Position numbers and translations under genes: made by a program | Notes under the pieces: generated by a model | What the model was told of the DNA's origin: nothing | Database searches by the model: none | Seen by the model: the letters and a program-made list of their open reading frames with translations, nothing else | Shown: in pieces, positions 31,517 to 42,462 of the stretch | Layout of the letters: each line of letters begins with the position of its first letter | How positions within the stretch are numbered: the stretch's first letter is position 1 | From: Nitrosopumilaceae archaeon | GTDB taxonomy: Archaea > Thermoproteota > Nitrososphaeria > Nitrososphaerales > Nitrosopumilaceae | Direction: 5' to 3' | Length of the DNA stretch: 64,000 bases | Assembly (NCBI GenBank): GCA_965207375.1 | Contig: OZ242274.1 | Coordinates: 1,248,001 to 1,312,000 of the forward strand

Positions 31517-31740
31517 TTTCACATAAACGAATATGCGGTAAAACATTTCATTATGTCTTCTAGGCTTTGTGTTTTATTCAAATTGTATATCTGGTCTTTT
31601 TGTATGTATAATTTACCATAGTGTATCGCCTTGGATCTTTAACTGAATTGAGTTTATGAAATGCCATGCATACATTGAATGTAAAAATCATAGATTTGAT
31701 ATTTTTGACATGTATTGTTTGTAAGACAGCAATGTTGTGA

Positions 31741-33873
31741 TTAATTTGCAGCCTCTAATTTCTTTAGGGTGTCAGCTATTTGTTGCCATAGTGGATTAGA
31801 ATCTTTTTGGGTATTGTTTTGGGCTTCTGCTGCAGTCATAGGATTATCATGCTGTATAATGCCAAATGCTGCCAAAACTCTATTCCATAAATCCACTTGT
31901 TCTTTTACAGCTTCAATTAAAGTTGCATTTATCGTGTATGTTGGTTCTGGTACTGGTTCTACTGTAGGTGTTGGCTCTACTGGTTCAACCTGTGGTGAAT
32001 CTTGAGCAACGGCTGAAGTTTGATTAACCTGTGGTACGTGTATTTCCTGTGGTATATTTTGTGTTGCATTTTGCTGTTGCTGCTGTTGCTGCTGTTGTTT
32101 GAGTTGTTCAATTGCAGCCTCACGCTCTTGTAAGATATTTGCAATCTTGACCCATAATGGACTAGAGTATTTCTTTGTATTTGCCTGAGCCTCTGCTGCA
32201 GTCATTGGATTGTCATGCTGTATCACTCCAAGTGCTGCAAGTGCTCTATTCCATCTGTCAACATGTTGGTGGCCGTGATGTACTTGACTTGCAAGGTACT
32301 TTATATCTTCAATTAGTTCTGGGTCAGCTGTAGGTATTGGTACATCTTCTGGTACAACTACCGGTATATCTTGTGCGATATTTGATGTGTGATTAATCTG
32401 TGGTACGTGTATTTCCTGTGGCTGTTGTTGTGGTGTACCTTGTTGCTTTGCCTTTTCATAACAAGTACCTAAAATGCAGAATTGTTCGTTTTGTGGCGGT
32501 ACTGGTTGTGTTTGGTTTTGTTGCGGTGTATTTTGTGTTGCATTTTGTGGCTGCTGCTGCTGCTGTGAGCCTGCTGCATCCCTTGCAGCCTCTAATTTCT
32601 TTAATTCTTCATATACCAAATTCCAAAATGGCACGTTACTATATTTTTCTACATTGGCTAGAGCCTCTTCTGCAGTCATTGGATTAGAGTGTTCTATTTC
32701 TCCAAATGCTGCCAAAACTCTATTCCATAAATCAACGTGTTCTGCACCAAGATGCGTTTGTGCTGCCATTATCTTTGCACCGTCTATTACTGTAGGATCA
32801 ATTTCAGGTATTGGACTATCTGGTATTGGTACGCCGGTTCTGATCATGTCAACGCCACCATCATCGTCCTGTACTAAGATTGTAAGACTGTGCCTAGAAC
32901 CTATGTTGTAATCGGAGCTGGGACGTAACGTGACTGTGATGCTACCATCAGCTTCATCTATGTTATCATTTATTGTAAAAATCGTAAATGTTGCGGGCTC
33001 GCTTGCCAATATTGTATGATCCCCTTCTGGCGAGTGTGAATCTAGATAATCGCCGATTTGGGTAATGGTGTAATGTACTGGTAGGTTGGTAAAACTAGAA
33101 GGTGTAATCCCAATTGCTATTGAAGAGCTTTGACCCTCTATTCTGTTTAATTGGGCTGAGAAAATTTGTACTGTTGGAACTTCTCTTCCAAGATGAGCCT
33201 CCCAATAGTGTTGACTACCATGTTTTGTGTGACTTGGTGTGCTTGGGTGTAGCCACTCATAGAGGTATGGGTTATCTATAGTGCGTTGTACTATCGGTGA
33301 AACCATGACTAGGAGTGATTCACCAGCTACAACATTTCCTAGTTTTGTATTATATGAGGCACTACCTGATGTGTCTCTTGCATTGATTGTTATCTTTTTG
33401 TAAGTAAAAGGAAGGAAGGTAGGGTTGGTTCCCGAGTCCCTGTCGGCCGTGTTACCGTAGGTTGCAAATGTTTCAGTGTCACTGCTAGTGCCCCCGAGGG
33501 TGGCAGTATTGGAATTATTACATCTGCTTGTTGCACTTGGCTTGGCACTGTTAGATAAATTACAGTCATCAATTTGGACATAAAATTCTATTGTTCCATT
33601 TGCAGGCTCATCTAGAGTTACAGTTACTGTGAGGGGTTGGCCGTGAGTTGGATTGTTTAGTGTGACTGTTGCTCTGTTTATCTCCTTATCATCTGTATAA
33701 AATTGATCAGACATTTTATTGACTGGCTCAGGTATGGGGTCACAATGAGCCACTTTGGGTGTTCTTTCTGAGTAATAGCAAAATCCATGATCGGAGAATG
33801 CCTCTGGTGTCTGGAAACCAAGTAATAATGATATAGAAAATGCCACAATTATTGTATAATGTAATGTTTTCAC
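31741..33873 (-). CDS. secreted protein with Calx-beta-like domains and three HVDxWNRVLAAFG modules
   Basis: Signal peptide; TINDNIDEADGSITVTL..YNIG...ILVQDDD Calx-beta-like pattern; three module copies separated by poly-Q/P linkers. Confidence 0.9.
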   Translation of the reverse strand: MKTLHYTIIVAFSISLLLGFQTPEAFSDHGFCYYSERTPKVAHCDPIPEPVNKMSDQFYTDDKEINRATVTLNNPTHGQPLTVTVTLDEPANGTIEFYVQIDDCNLSNSAKPSATSRCNNSNTATLGGTSSDTETFATYGNTADRDSGTNPTFLPFTYKKITINARDTSGSASYNTKLGNVVAGESLLVMVSPIVQRTIDNPYLYEWLHPSTPSHTKHGSQHYWEAHLGREVPTVQIFSAQLNRIEGQSSSIAIGITPSSFTNLPVHYTITQIGDYLDSHSPEGDHTILASEPATFTIFTINDNIDEADGSITVTLRPSSDYNIGSRHSLTILVQDDDGGVDMIRTGVPIPDSPIPEIDPTVIDGAKIMAAQTHLGAEHVDLWNRVLAAFGEIEHSNPMTAEEALANVEKYSNVPFWNLVYEELKKLEAARDAAGSQQQQQPQNATQNTPQQNQTQPVPPQNEQFCILGTCYEKAKQQGTPQQQPQEIHVPQINHTSNIAQDIPVVVPEDVPIPTADPELIEDIKYLASQVHHGHQHVDRWNRALAALGVIQHDNPMTAAEAQANTKKYSSPLWVKIANILQEREAAIEQLKQQQQQQQQQNATQNIPQEIHVPQVNQTSAVAQDSPQVEPVEPTPTVEPVPEPTYTINATLIEAVKEQVDLWNRVLAAFGIIQHDNPMTAAEAQNNTQKDSNPLWQQIADTLKKLEAAN

Positions 33874-33882
33874 AAAATTAAC

Positions 33883-33892
33883 GGGGGGGGGG
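33883..33892 (-). promoter_or_regulatory. G10/C10 homopolymer just upstream of the 31741..33873 start codon
   Basis: Ten G on the + strand, lying between a TTTTTAGAA TATA-like box (minus strand) and the GTG start. Confidence 0.6.
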
Positions 33893-34131
33893 TTCTAAAA
33901 ATGTTGCGATTTGAATGGCATGTGTAAGATATTTGGGTTTAGCGTGTGGTAAAATTGTACGAGTCGTGTCTAATTGGATACCCCTCATTTTTGACATTTA
34001 ATTAGGACACACATCAACATGACTGCAAATCCTGATTTGAATCTATTTTACATCTTGAATCCGTGCAGCAATTGACCATTAGAATTTACCATACAAAAAT
34101 CAAATAGATGTGTTCTTTTTGCAAAATCACT

Positions 34132-35340
34132 TTAAAATCCACAAGACAGCGGCATTGAAGGCTTTATTATTTCCCGCATCACAATGGTGGCAAATGAACC
34201 ACGTGACAATGTAAAAGATACGATATTATCACAAGCATCAAAGTCTGTCACGCTGATTGCCGAGTTTCTAAATCCTCCCTCTCCGCTTGCCTCCTGAATT
34301 TCTTTTATGTAAAAATCCTTTGGAGTAATTTCCTGCTCTTTTAAAATTTTTGAAATGTAAAAATTAAACCGTGTTTTTTTGTAATACGAATAGCCTACTA
34401 TTGGAATTGCAAGTCTTTGATCTAGGCCATCTATGTGTTTGCCTAAAATACCTGCACCGTCATAACATACATCGCCATCCTGTGACTCAAAAAGCTGCTC
34501 ACCATAGTCAAAGGCTTTGCTAATTGTTAGATTAAACAAATATGATTGATACGCCTGAACATAAAATCTGCGCATCTGTACAGGCAACGCCCTGATTGCA
34601 CGCAACTCGTCTCCGTGTTCTATTAGCTCAGCAATTACTGTGCGTTCTAGGTCCATCTGCGGTGGAATCGATTCATAGACTCTTTTGTAATTTGAAGGAT
34701 CAGACATTTCTGTGCGAATCTTTGTATTCTCATCAGAGTCATATTTTGATACATAGGACAACAGATAATGTATGGCATCAGAGTATCGTTTCTGTACTAG
34801 TGCCTTGCCTATCAGATGTGTTACGGGCCTAGATGATCCAAACCTTTGATATCCGTAAAAATTTAAAATTCTTTGATACTCAAAGTCTTCAAATCCTGCG
34901 TCATTATCTGATATTTTAATTGTAAATCTGTTTCCAATCATGTTTTTTTTGGACAGTGGTTTTTTTGTATATCCTAGACGCTTTAAGCTATATTTGCCAG
35001 ATTCGAATTTTTCAATTCCCTTTGATCTGCTAGTCGAATACACAAATTGTGTTGTTACTGCATTTGAATCCTTTAGTCCCAAAGAAAAAAGACGCAATCC
35101 TGTTTTTTTAAATATGCTAGACAGGGCATGGTTTGTATCAATGCGGGTTTTTCTTAGAGAATACACTGGATATCCTTTTGTTTCTTTTATTGCAGATTCT
35201 GACTTTGGTGAGAGTACCTCCTCAACTAGAAAATCCTTTGGTCTTTTACGAATTCTACCGCCACATCCTGCAAAGCCTGTACTGTAACAAAGGATTCCAA
35301 CATCAGAATCAATCTCAGATACGGTCATGTGACTAGCCAA
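34132..35340 (-). CDS. truD: tRNA pseudouridine(13) synthase
   Basis: DFLVEE, GLKDSNAVTTQ catalytic Asp, GNRFTI, NFYGYQRFG, FTLSRGSFAT. Confidence 0.95.
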   Translation of the reverse strand: MASHMTVSEIDSDVGILCYSTGFAGCGGRIRKRPKDFLVEEVLSPKSESAIKETKGYPVYSLRKTRIDTNHALSSIFKKTGLRLFSLGLKDSNAVTTQFVYSTSRSKGIEKFESGKYSLKRLGYTKKPLSKKNMIGNRFTIKISDNDAGFEDFEYQRILNFYGYQRFGSSRPVTHLIGKALVQKRYSDAIHYLLSYVSKYDSDENTKIRTEMSDPSNYKRVYESIPPQMDLERTVIAELIEHGDELRAIRALPVQMRRFYVQAYQSYLFNLTISKAFDYGEQLFESQDGDVCYDGAGILGKHIDGLDQRLAIPIVGYSYYKKTRFNFYISKILKEQEITPKDFYIKEIQEASGEGGFRNSAISVTDFDACDNIVSFTLSRGSFATIVMREIIKPSMPLSCGF

Positions 35341-36910
35341 TAACTAGGGTAAAGAATTCAGAGACTGCAATGTCTGCTGTCTGAGCCCCCAGTAATACCT
35401 TGTAGGTGCCAGGAGACAGTGATTCAGAGACTGAAACCCTGAATGGAATTGTCTTGGTTTGCCCCTCTGAAAGATGTATCGTTGAAACATCTGATTCTAT
35501 CAAAATTAAATCAGCTGCAACGCTGTTAGAAATAACATCAAAGGTGCCCTCTTTATTTGCAGTAACTTTTAGTGTGACAAAAGTGCTTTCTTCATAAAAC
35601 ACCTTCTCAGAATCTATAGCAACGTCCATTGTAGGTGTAATTGATGTATCTACGACACCTATATTGTTGGCAGCCCACTCTGTAAACCAAATCTTGTCAT
35701 CTACTATGGTAAAATCAAATGATTGGGCAATACCGCAATTGGTAGCCAAAACACAGTCTGCCCATGTGGGATTTTTTGTAGGTATTGTATATTCTACAAG
35801 TTTTTGAGTCTGCGGATCAAATGTAGCTATGCGATTTGCAGTCTGCTCGTTGAACACTATTTGCCCGTCAGGTGCCAATCCCATCCAGTATGGTCTTGAG
35901 AGTGGAGTGGTTTTTATCAGTCCTGTCTGATTTCCATATGCAAATTCTGGTACGGGAGAAGTTATGTATCGTGTAAATACCTCAGTTGTAGGATCAAAAC
36001 TGTAAAAGTGCGATGTGGCAGTATCTGCCATCCATACGGTATTAAAATTATCTAATATGATGCCATTTATTGCAACAGCATGTGGCGGTAATCTAAAGGC
36101 ATCAACATATTTTGCAAATTCTATATCCTCTGGACTTTGAGAGTATGCCAATATGTATTGGTCTTGTGCCAATTTGACAAGTGCGCCTTCTCCCTCTGGA
36201 GTCCAGTTGGTATACCAGATGTTTGATTCTGCATCTTGGGCAAACCCTGCAGTTGCAGAACCATCAAGCGGCGATGGAATGATAACAGGTGGCTGATCAG
36301 ATCCGCTTGCATCTAAAATTACAAGTTTGTTGCCGATAAAATCATTGACAATGATTTGAGCACCTACAACGCTTAGTCTTTGCGGTAATGCGTCACCTTG
36401 GGAGGGGAAATTAAATCGTTGATATTGTTCATCGGCAATTGAAAATTGCCATATAGAGTCATGTGCCTCATCTGAATACCAGACAGAATCATCAGAGGAA
36501 TAATCCATGCCCCAAACCATGGAACGTGCACCCTCAGGCCATGCCTGATTTTCAAACTCCCTAAATGCCCTTGTATTTGGATCAAACTTTGCCACATTGC
36601 CTGTGTTTGTTTGTATAAACCAAATATTGCCCTGAGAATCTGAGGTAATGGCAAGTGGCTGGGTACACTCTGTAGGAATTGAATATTCGGTCACATAATG
36701 ATTATACCCTGCAATGCCGTCTCCACAAAACTGTGCCCTCTGCTGATCTGGAAAATTCTCTGCAGGTGTTCCTGTTTTGGTGGACTCCATTGATCCGTTC
36801 TCAGGCGCAATGCCTGGAATTGCAATAACGACACCAGATGTTACCATTATACCTCCTAAAAATAAAAAAGCCAAAATTCCTTTGGTACGTTTTTTCACAA
36901 AATTGGTCAT
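35333..36910 (-). CDS. membrane-anchored Vgb-lyase-like beta-propeller protein
   Basis: Repeated D..GNIWF/WFTE blades, N-terminal TM, C-terminal Ig-like domain. Confidence 0.82.
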   Translation of the reverse strand: MTNFVKKRTKGILAFLFLGGIMVTSGVVIAIPGIAPENGSMESTKTGTPAENFPDQQRAQFCGDGIAGYNHYVTEYSIPTECTQPLAITSDSQGNIWFIQTNTGNVAKFDPNTRAFREFENQAWPEGARSMVWGMDYSSDDSVWYSDEAHDSIWQFSIADEQYQRFNFPSQGDALPQRLSVVGAQIIVNDFIGNKLVILDASGSDQPPVIIPSPLDGSATAGFAQDAESNIWYTNWTPEGEGALVKLAQDQYILAYSQSPEDIEFAKYVDAFRLPPHAVAINGIILDNFNTVWMADTATSHFYSFDPTTEVFTRYITSPVPEFAYGNQTGLIKTTPLSRPYWMGLAPDGQIVFNEQTANRIATFDPQTQKLVEYTIPTKNPTWADCVLATNCGIAQSFDFTIVDDKIWFTEWAANNIGVVDTSITPTMDVAIDSEKVFYEESTFVTLKVTANKEGTFDVISNSVAADLILIESDVSTIHLSEGQTKTIPFRVSVSESLSPGTYKVLLGAQTADIAVSEFFTLVIG

Positions 36911-36929
36911 TTTGTGTTGTTAATATCTC

Positions 36930-37286
36930 TTATAGAAGCTTTAGTTTGCCTGTTATCTTGTCAATTAAATTTTCAGGTGCAGGTCCTACTGAGATGCAAG
37001 TTATTGTACCTGGTGCAATTTGTGTGCGTCCTGCATCTGCAACCTCAGACCATGGAAGGCCCAGATCAATTGCCCCATGCTTGATGTCTTGCAGGTCTTT
37101 AATACCTGAAACTTTGAGAACCACCTTTTGCTGACCTGTGCGCTGCCATGCATCAAACCAATCAGGATGGGATTTTCTTACGTGCTCTGCACCCAAAACG
37201 CATGCATGACCTGTCTGGGCTGCAATCTTTCCTTTACCCATGCCCAAGTCGACTCTAACTATGACTACCTGCTTGATCTCATCCAT
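36930..37286 (-). CDS. pth2: peptidyl-tRNA hydrolase Pth2
   Basis: MGKGKIAAQTGHA, DAGRTQI, VGP. Confidence 0.95.
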   Translation of the reverse strand: MDEIKQVVIVRVDLGMGKGKIAAQTGHACVLGAEHVRKSHPDWFDAWQRTGQQKVVLKVSGIKDLQDIKHGAIDLGLPWSEVADAGRTQIAPGTITCISVGPAPENLIDKITGKLKLL

Positions 37287-37376
37287 ACAATTTACCAAAA
37301 CATGCTTTAAGAAAAACCTTGACAATAAACTGCATTAATTGTAGACTAAAATAATGACACATGATTTGAAAATATA

Positions 37377-38510
37377 ATGTATGATGTAATTGTGGCAGGA
37401 GGCAGTATTGCGGGCCTTTTGTGTGCAAGACAAATTGCTGATGGTGGCTTTTCTGTGCTTGTCTTGGAAAAAGATTATGAAATAGGTACTCCAGAACACT
37501 GTAGCGGATTGGTAAGCAGTACGGGACTAGGCGACTTGGGAATAATTCCGTCACAGAAAACCCTTGAACACATTGTTGCATCTGCACAAATTTTCGCACC
37601 AAATGGCAAATCAATAACAATAGATACAAAAAGACAAAAAATAGTAGAGCTAAACAGGCGAGAACTAGACAAGCAGGCAGCATACCAGGCACAAAAAAAT
37701 GGTGCACAAATAAGAGTAAAAACCCCTGTTTTAGATTTTCAGTCAGGCGAGGTAAGAACAAAGAATGAAACAATACAATGCAAGATATCAGTCGATGCAA
37801 GAGGAGTAGCATCGCTGATGCAAAAATACAAAGAGGCAGTGATGTCATCAGCACAGTACGAAGTCTATGCAGACTGGCTAGTCAAAGACCGGATTCAGAT
37901 ATACTTTGATCAGCAAAAGTATCCTGGTTTTTTTGCCTGGATAATACCGTCTGCACATGGTAAGGGCAAAGTAGGCGTAGCAGGAAGAGCAATAAATCCT
38001 GCAGATACCCTGGATGCATTTTTAAAAAACAGGGGTGCATATTCTGTAATTAGAAAAATATTTGCACCCATCTGGACTGGGGGGCCGATTAAAAATTTTG
38101 TTCAAAACAATGCAGTAATAGTAGGAGATGCTGCCGGACAGACAAAGCCTACTACTGCGGGGGGAATATACACTGCAGGAATGGGGGGAATAATGGCAGG
38201 AAATGCAATAGTACAGTATCTGAAAACCTGTGATGCTACAAAACTGACTACATACCAGACACAGTGGACTACAAAGTTTGGAGCAGAATTTGAAAAACAA
38301 TCCCTTGCAAGAAAAATTTTAGAAAAAATAAACAATGACACACTTGACAAAATTTTTAGCGCAATTACTCCAGAAACTGTTTTAGAGATTTCTAAAAAAG
38401 ATGACTTTGACTTTCATGCAAGTTCAATTGTAAAATTGCTAGGAATCAAGGGTTCTCTGAAAACTGCACAAGCATTGCTTGGTGGCGAAATAAAAAAACT
38501 GTTAAAATGA
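37377..38510 (+). CDS. geranylgeranyl reductase family flavoprotein
   Basis: GGSIAG FAD motif, PEHCSG, FAWIIP, VGDAAG..KPTTAGGI. Confidence 0.9.
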   Translation: MYDVIVAGGSIAGLLCARQIADGGFSVLVLEKDYEIGTPEHCSGLVSSTGLGDLGIIPSQKTLEHIVASAQIFAPNGKSITIDTKRQKIVELNRRELDKQAAYQAQKNGAQIRVKTPVLDFQSGEVRTKNETIQCKISVDARGVASLMQKYKEAVMSSAQYEVYADWLVKDRIQIYFDQQKYPGFFAWIIPSAHGKGKVGVAGRAINPADTLDAFLKNRGAYSVIRKIFAPIWTGGPIKNFVQNNAVIVGDAAGQTKPTTAGGIYTAGMGGIMAGNAIVQYLKTCDATKLTTYQTQWTTKFGAEFEKQSLARKILEKINNDTLDKIFSAITPETVLEISKKDDFDFHASSIVKLLGIKGSLKTAQALLGGEIKKLLK

Positions 38511-38550
38511 AATAAGCAAGGCATAAATACGGTAATCCGAAGATCGGTTC

Positions 38551-38727
38551 ATGTCTACAATATCACTGCCCATTTGTAGCTGTTGTCACCGACACATTAT
38601 GCCAAATGACAAGTGTGTAAAGTTTGACTGTCCTGAATGTGGCTCGGTTCTAATTTGGAGATGTGAAAGCTGTAGAGAATCATCAAGGGAATTTGTCTGT
38701 CCATCGTGCAAATTCCAGGGGCCCTGA
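38551..38727 (+). CDS. zinc-finger microprotein (DUF1610/HVO_2753-like)
   Basis: 58 aa with four CxxC motifs, ending FQGP, directly upstream of aEF-1beta. Confidence 0.9.
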   Translation: MSTISLPICSCCHRHIMPNDKCVKFDCPECGSVLIWRCESCRESSREFVCPSCKFQGP

Positions 38728-38731
38728 GAAA

Positions 38732-39013
38732 ATGGCGCAATTACTACTTGTATGCAAGGTATTGCCTGAAGGAACAGAGGTAAACGTTGATGAGCTGCCA
38801 GACAAGATTGCAGCCAAATTACCACAAGGCATCAAAAAAAGAAATCATCAAAAGGAGCCATTGGCATTTGGATTATTTTTCTTAAAAATAGAGTTTATCA
38901 TGGAGGATGCAGGCGGATTTTTGGAAAAATTAGAAAAAGCCGTTCGCTCAACTCCGGGAGTCAGCGAGTTTGAGGTTTTACAGCAAAGCCGTATGTCAGT
39001 TGACATGAAATAG
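38732..39013 (+). CDS. ef1b: archaeal elongation factor 1-beta
   Basis: KVLPEG, EPLAFGL, GVSEFEV; ATG 38732. Confidence 0.9.
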   Translation: MAQLLLVCKVLPEGTEVNVDELPDKIAAKLPQGIKKRNHQKEPLAFGLFFLKIEFIMEDAGGFLEKLEKAVRSTPGVSEFEVLQQSRMSVDMK

Positions 39014-39021
39014 GTGATTTT

Positions 39022-41187
39022 TTGGCCCACAATGAGCTGCCCTTGCAAGTGCGTGTAGGTGAGGCAAAGCAGCGTGACATTGGAAAAAAGCGCGCCCGCA
39101 TAGGACCTGATGCAATGGACTATCTCGGTGTCACGCCTGGTGATATCATTGAGATTAAGGGTGAGAAGACAAGCAGTGCGGTGGTGTGGCCTGCTGATGA
39201 GGATGAAAAGCATCAGGACCTGATGAGAATTGATGGTCAAACCAGAAAAAACATTGGTGCTACACTAGATGACCTTGTCAAAATTCACAAGACTATATCC
39301 AAAGTGGCAAAATCAATCACGTTGATGCCTGTAAATGATTCTGTAACTGTGGATAAAGAATTTACTGATTTTGTCAAAAACCGATTAAAGGGAATGCCAC
39401 TGTCTCAGGGAGATGAGATTTCAGTCATGATTTTGGGAAATTCAATGGATTTTAAGATTAACAAGTCAAATCCAAAATCAATTGTAAAAATTGATCGTAC
39501 CACAACACTTGTAATTTCAACTGAATCAATAGATCGAAAGCCAAGGGTAACTTATGAGGAGGTAGGTGGTCTACAGACAGAAATCAAGGCAATGCGGGAG
39601 ATTGTCGAGCTGCCACTGCGTCACCCTGAACTGTTTAACCGATTAGGAGTTGAGGCACACAGTGGAATACTGCTGTATGGGCCACCGGGATGCGGCAAGA
39701 CGTTGATTGCCAAGGTGCTAGCAAGTGAATCTGAGGCCAACATGTATTTGATTAATGGTCCTGAAATTATGAACAAGTATTACGGGGAAACAGAAGCAAA
39801 ACTACGCGACATATTCAAGGATGCAAAAGACAACTCTCCTAGTATTGTATTCATTGATGAAATTGATGCAATAGCGCCAAAACGAGAGGAGGTATATGGG
39901 GACGTTGAAAAAAGAGTTGTTGCACAAATGCTTGCACTAATGGATGGATTAACAGATAGGGGAAACGTGATTGTTTTGGGTGCCACAAACAGACCAGACA
40001 GTGTGGATCCTGCCCTTAGACGACCGGGTCGTTTTGATAGGGAGTTTGAAATTTCTGTTCCAAACGAGGATGGCAGATACGAAGTTCTTTTGATTCATAC
40101 ACGGGGTATGCCCATTGCAAAAGGAATAGACATAAAGGATTTGGCATCAGAACTGCACGGATATACGGGTGCAGACATAAAGTCACTTTGTAGAGAGGCT
40201 GCAATGAAGGCAATTAGGAGGTACCTGCCTGCAATTGATTTGGAAACTGAACAAATTCCATCTGAGGTCTTACAATCAATGGAGATCAAACTGATTGACT
40301 TTTACGAGGCAATGCATGAGGTCGTGCCAACTGCCATGCGAGAATTTTACGTTGAAAGACCAAAGGTTTGGTGGAATGATGTAGGCGGATTAGATGACAT
40401 CAAAAAGGCACTTCGAGATAATTTACTGCTTGCAATGCGTGAGCCTGAAAAATTTGGCAAGATGGGAATCCGTCCTCCTAGGGGGGCCTTGATTTATGGT
40501 CCGCCCGGATGTGGCAAGACCATACTAGCAAGGGCTCTTGCCACAGAAAGCGGGGCAAACATGATTCTGGTACGTGGCTCTGAAATACTCTCAAAATGGG
40601 TAGGAGAATCCGAAAAGGCAGTAAGGGAGATCTTTAGAAAAGCAAAGGCCTCATCGCCTTGCGTGATTATCTTTGATGAAATGGATTCGCTTGCACGATA
40701 CAAGTCTGATGAGGGTGGCGTTGGAGACAATATTTTGAGTCAGCTGTTAACTGAGATGGAGGATACCATGACATCTCGAGTGGTGATTCTTGGAATCACA
40801 AACAGGCCTGATTTGTTAAACAACTCGTTGCTTAGAACCGGAAGGCTGGATCTAGCACTGTATGTGATGCCGCCTGATGAAAAGGGCAGACTGGAAATCA
40901 TCAAAATTCTTACAAAAAAGATGCCACTTGAGGATGATGTCAATCTTCAAGAGATAGCCCTTGTAACTAAAAATTATACTGGTGCGGATCTAGCAGCACT
41001 GTGTAGGGAGGCTGCAGTTTTTGCCATGCAAAACAAATCAGAAAAGATAACTAGTGCAAGCTTTGATGCAGGATTAAAGAACGTGCGCCCCTCAATTACT
41101 CAGGATGTAGACAAATGGTACGACACCATAAAAGAAGGTATATCTAATGTCATACCAAAAACAATAGACAAGGCGTTTTATGGTTAA
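39022..41187 (+). CDS. cdc48: CDC48/VAT AAA+ ATPase
   Basis: N-domain plus two [11 protein letters not shown] modules, [17 protein letters not shown]. Confidence 0.96.
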   Translation: MAHNELPLQVRVGEAKQRDIGKKRARIGPDAMDYLGVTPGDIIEIKGEKTSSAVVWPADEDEKHQDLMRIDGQTRKNIGATLDDLVKIHKTISKVAKSITLMPVNDSVTVDKEFTDFVKNRLKGMPLSQGDEISVMILGNSMDFKINKSNPKSIVKIDRTTTLVISTESIDRKPRVTYEEVGGLQTEIKAMREIVELPLRHPELFNRLGVEAHSGILLYGPPGCGKTLIAKVLASESEANMYLINGPEIMNKYYGETEAKLRDIFKDAKDNSPSIVFIDEIDAIAPKREEVYGDVEKRVVAQMLALMDGLTDRGNVIVLGATNRPDSVDPALRRPGRFDREFEISVPNEDGRYEVLLIHTRGMPIAKGIDIKDLASELHGYTGADIKSLCREAAMKAIRRYLPAIDLETEQIPSEVLQSMEIKLIDFYEAMHEVVPTAMREFYVERPKVWWNDVGGLDDIKKALRDNLLLAMREPEKFGKMGIRPPRGALIYGPPGCGKTILARALATESGANMILVRGSEILSKWVGESEKAVREIFRKAKASSPCVIIFDEMDSLARYKSDEGGVGDNILSQLLTEMEDTMTSRVVILGITNRPDLLNNSLLRTGRLDLALYVMPPDEKGRLEIIKILTKKMPLEDDVNLQEIALVTKNYTGADLAALCREAAVFAMQNKSEKITSASFDAGLKNVRPSITQDVDKWYDTIKEGISNVIPKTIDKAFYG

Positions 41188-41485
41188 AATGGCAATTCCA
41201 ATAAGAAACCAGGTATATGACAAAATCCAGACGGCAGGGTCGCTAACAGATACTGAGCTATCAAAGGCACTAGTCAAAGATGACATTGACATACAAGAAG
41301 ACAGATTCAACAAGATTCTTTTGGATTTGGAAATTTTGGGTCTAGTTTATGTCACTTGGATTACAAAGGATACAAGGCGTATCGAGGTTGCAAAACAGAC
41401 CAAAGAAAAAGATGATGTTGAAGAGCAAAACAAACAGATGTTGGAAAAAGAATACGAGGCAAGCTTTCCTGGTGCAGACGACTAG
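41180..41485 (+). CDS. conserved hypothetical (winged-helix-like) protein
   Basis: Overlaps the cdc48 stop; FNKILLDLEILGLV pattern. Confidence 0.75.
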   Translation: MVKMAIPIRNQVYDKIQTAGSLTDTELSKALVKDDIDIQEDRFNKILLDLEILGLVYVTWITKDTRRIEVAKQTKEKDDVEEQNKQMLEKEYEASFPGADD

Positions 41486-42375
41486 GGTCTTATGTGAAAT
41501 GCAGCATCAAGTGCTATTGCAAGAAAAATTATGGTAAGATAGGGGGCAGTGACCTTGTATGCCTTCCATGCAAAGTCTGAGGTCGGAGTCTTGGTTAACC
41601 TGTAATGATATACAAGCATCAGGCCACCTGAGACTGTAGCAATTACAACATAGACTAGTCCCATTCCAAATGCGTAAAGCATCAATGAGAACGGAAGCAA
41701 AATTATAGTGTTTGCCAAAATATATTTTGATGTTTTTTGCATTCCTATAACTACTGGCAGCATGGGAACATTTGCTTGGGCGTATTCGTCTTTGATTTTC
41801 ATGGCAAGACACCAAAAATGCGACGGCGTCCATACAAACACCAAAAATCCGACTAGAAAACCAAGCAGGTCAAGCGTGCCAGTAGCTGCTGCCCATCCTG
41901 CCCAGGATGCTGCACTTCCTGCAATTCCGCCAATGACAATATTTGATGTGTTGAGTCGCTTTAGCCATGCAGTATAAATTATTACATAGGAAAAAATTCC
42001 TAGTGCTATAAAAAATGCAGATGCTGCATTAATTGTAAAATATCCATATGCCACTGAAATCATACTTACTGCTAGGCCGTATGTCAATACACTCTTGGCT
42101 GACATTCTGCCAGAAGGTATCGGCCTGTTGCTAGTTCTTTTCATTTTAGGATCAATGTCTTTGTCATAATAGTGATTCAGAGCACTAGAGCCTGCCGAAG
42201 CTAGTGCGCCTGCTATTATAATATGTAAATATGCCCAATAATCTAGATGGATGGCCCCTTCACCAAGTTTGCTTGCTGCATACATTGAGGTAACTGCAGT
42301 AATAACTAGCAGAACAACGATTCTAGGTTTTGATATTTCAAGTATTTCCTTTAGTCCCAATCCTCTTCTTGACAT
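41482..42375 (-). CDS. ctaB: protoheme IX farnesyltransferase (heme O synthase)
   Basis: KPRI, N..YDKDID..MKRT..RPIPSG, WTPSHF, Y..ANVPMLP. Confidence 0.95.
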   Translation of the reverse strand: MSRRGLGLKEILEISKPRIVVLLVITAVTSMYAASKLGEGAIHLDYWAYLHIIIAGALASAGSSALNHYYDKDIDPKMKRTSNRPIPSGRMSAKSVLTYGLAVSMISVAYGYFTINAASAFFIALGIFSYVIIYTAWLKRLNTSNIVIGGIAGSAASWAGWAAATGTLDLLGFLVGFLVFVWTPSHFWCLAMKIKDEYAQANVPMLPVVIGMQKTSKYILANTIILLPFSLMLYAFGMGLVYVVIATVSGGLMLVYHYRLTKTPTSDFAWKAYKVTAPYLTIIFLAIALDAAFHIRP

Positions 42376-42462
42376 GTGCTAGGGCATTTAATTTATTCGA
42401 CACTGCCGATCCCATGTACTTTCAAAAGGATTAAGTATATCACATCAAGAATCAAGGCGTAA

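Noticed and set aside
6048-33873. Diversity-generating retroelement explaining the near-identical module copies
   Set aside because: No reverse transcriptase in the window, and the differences are not adenine-specific
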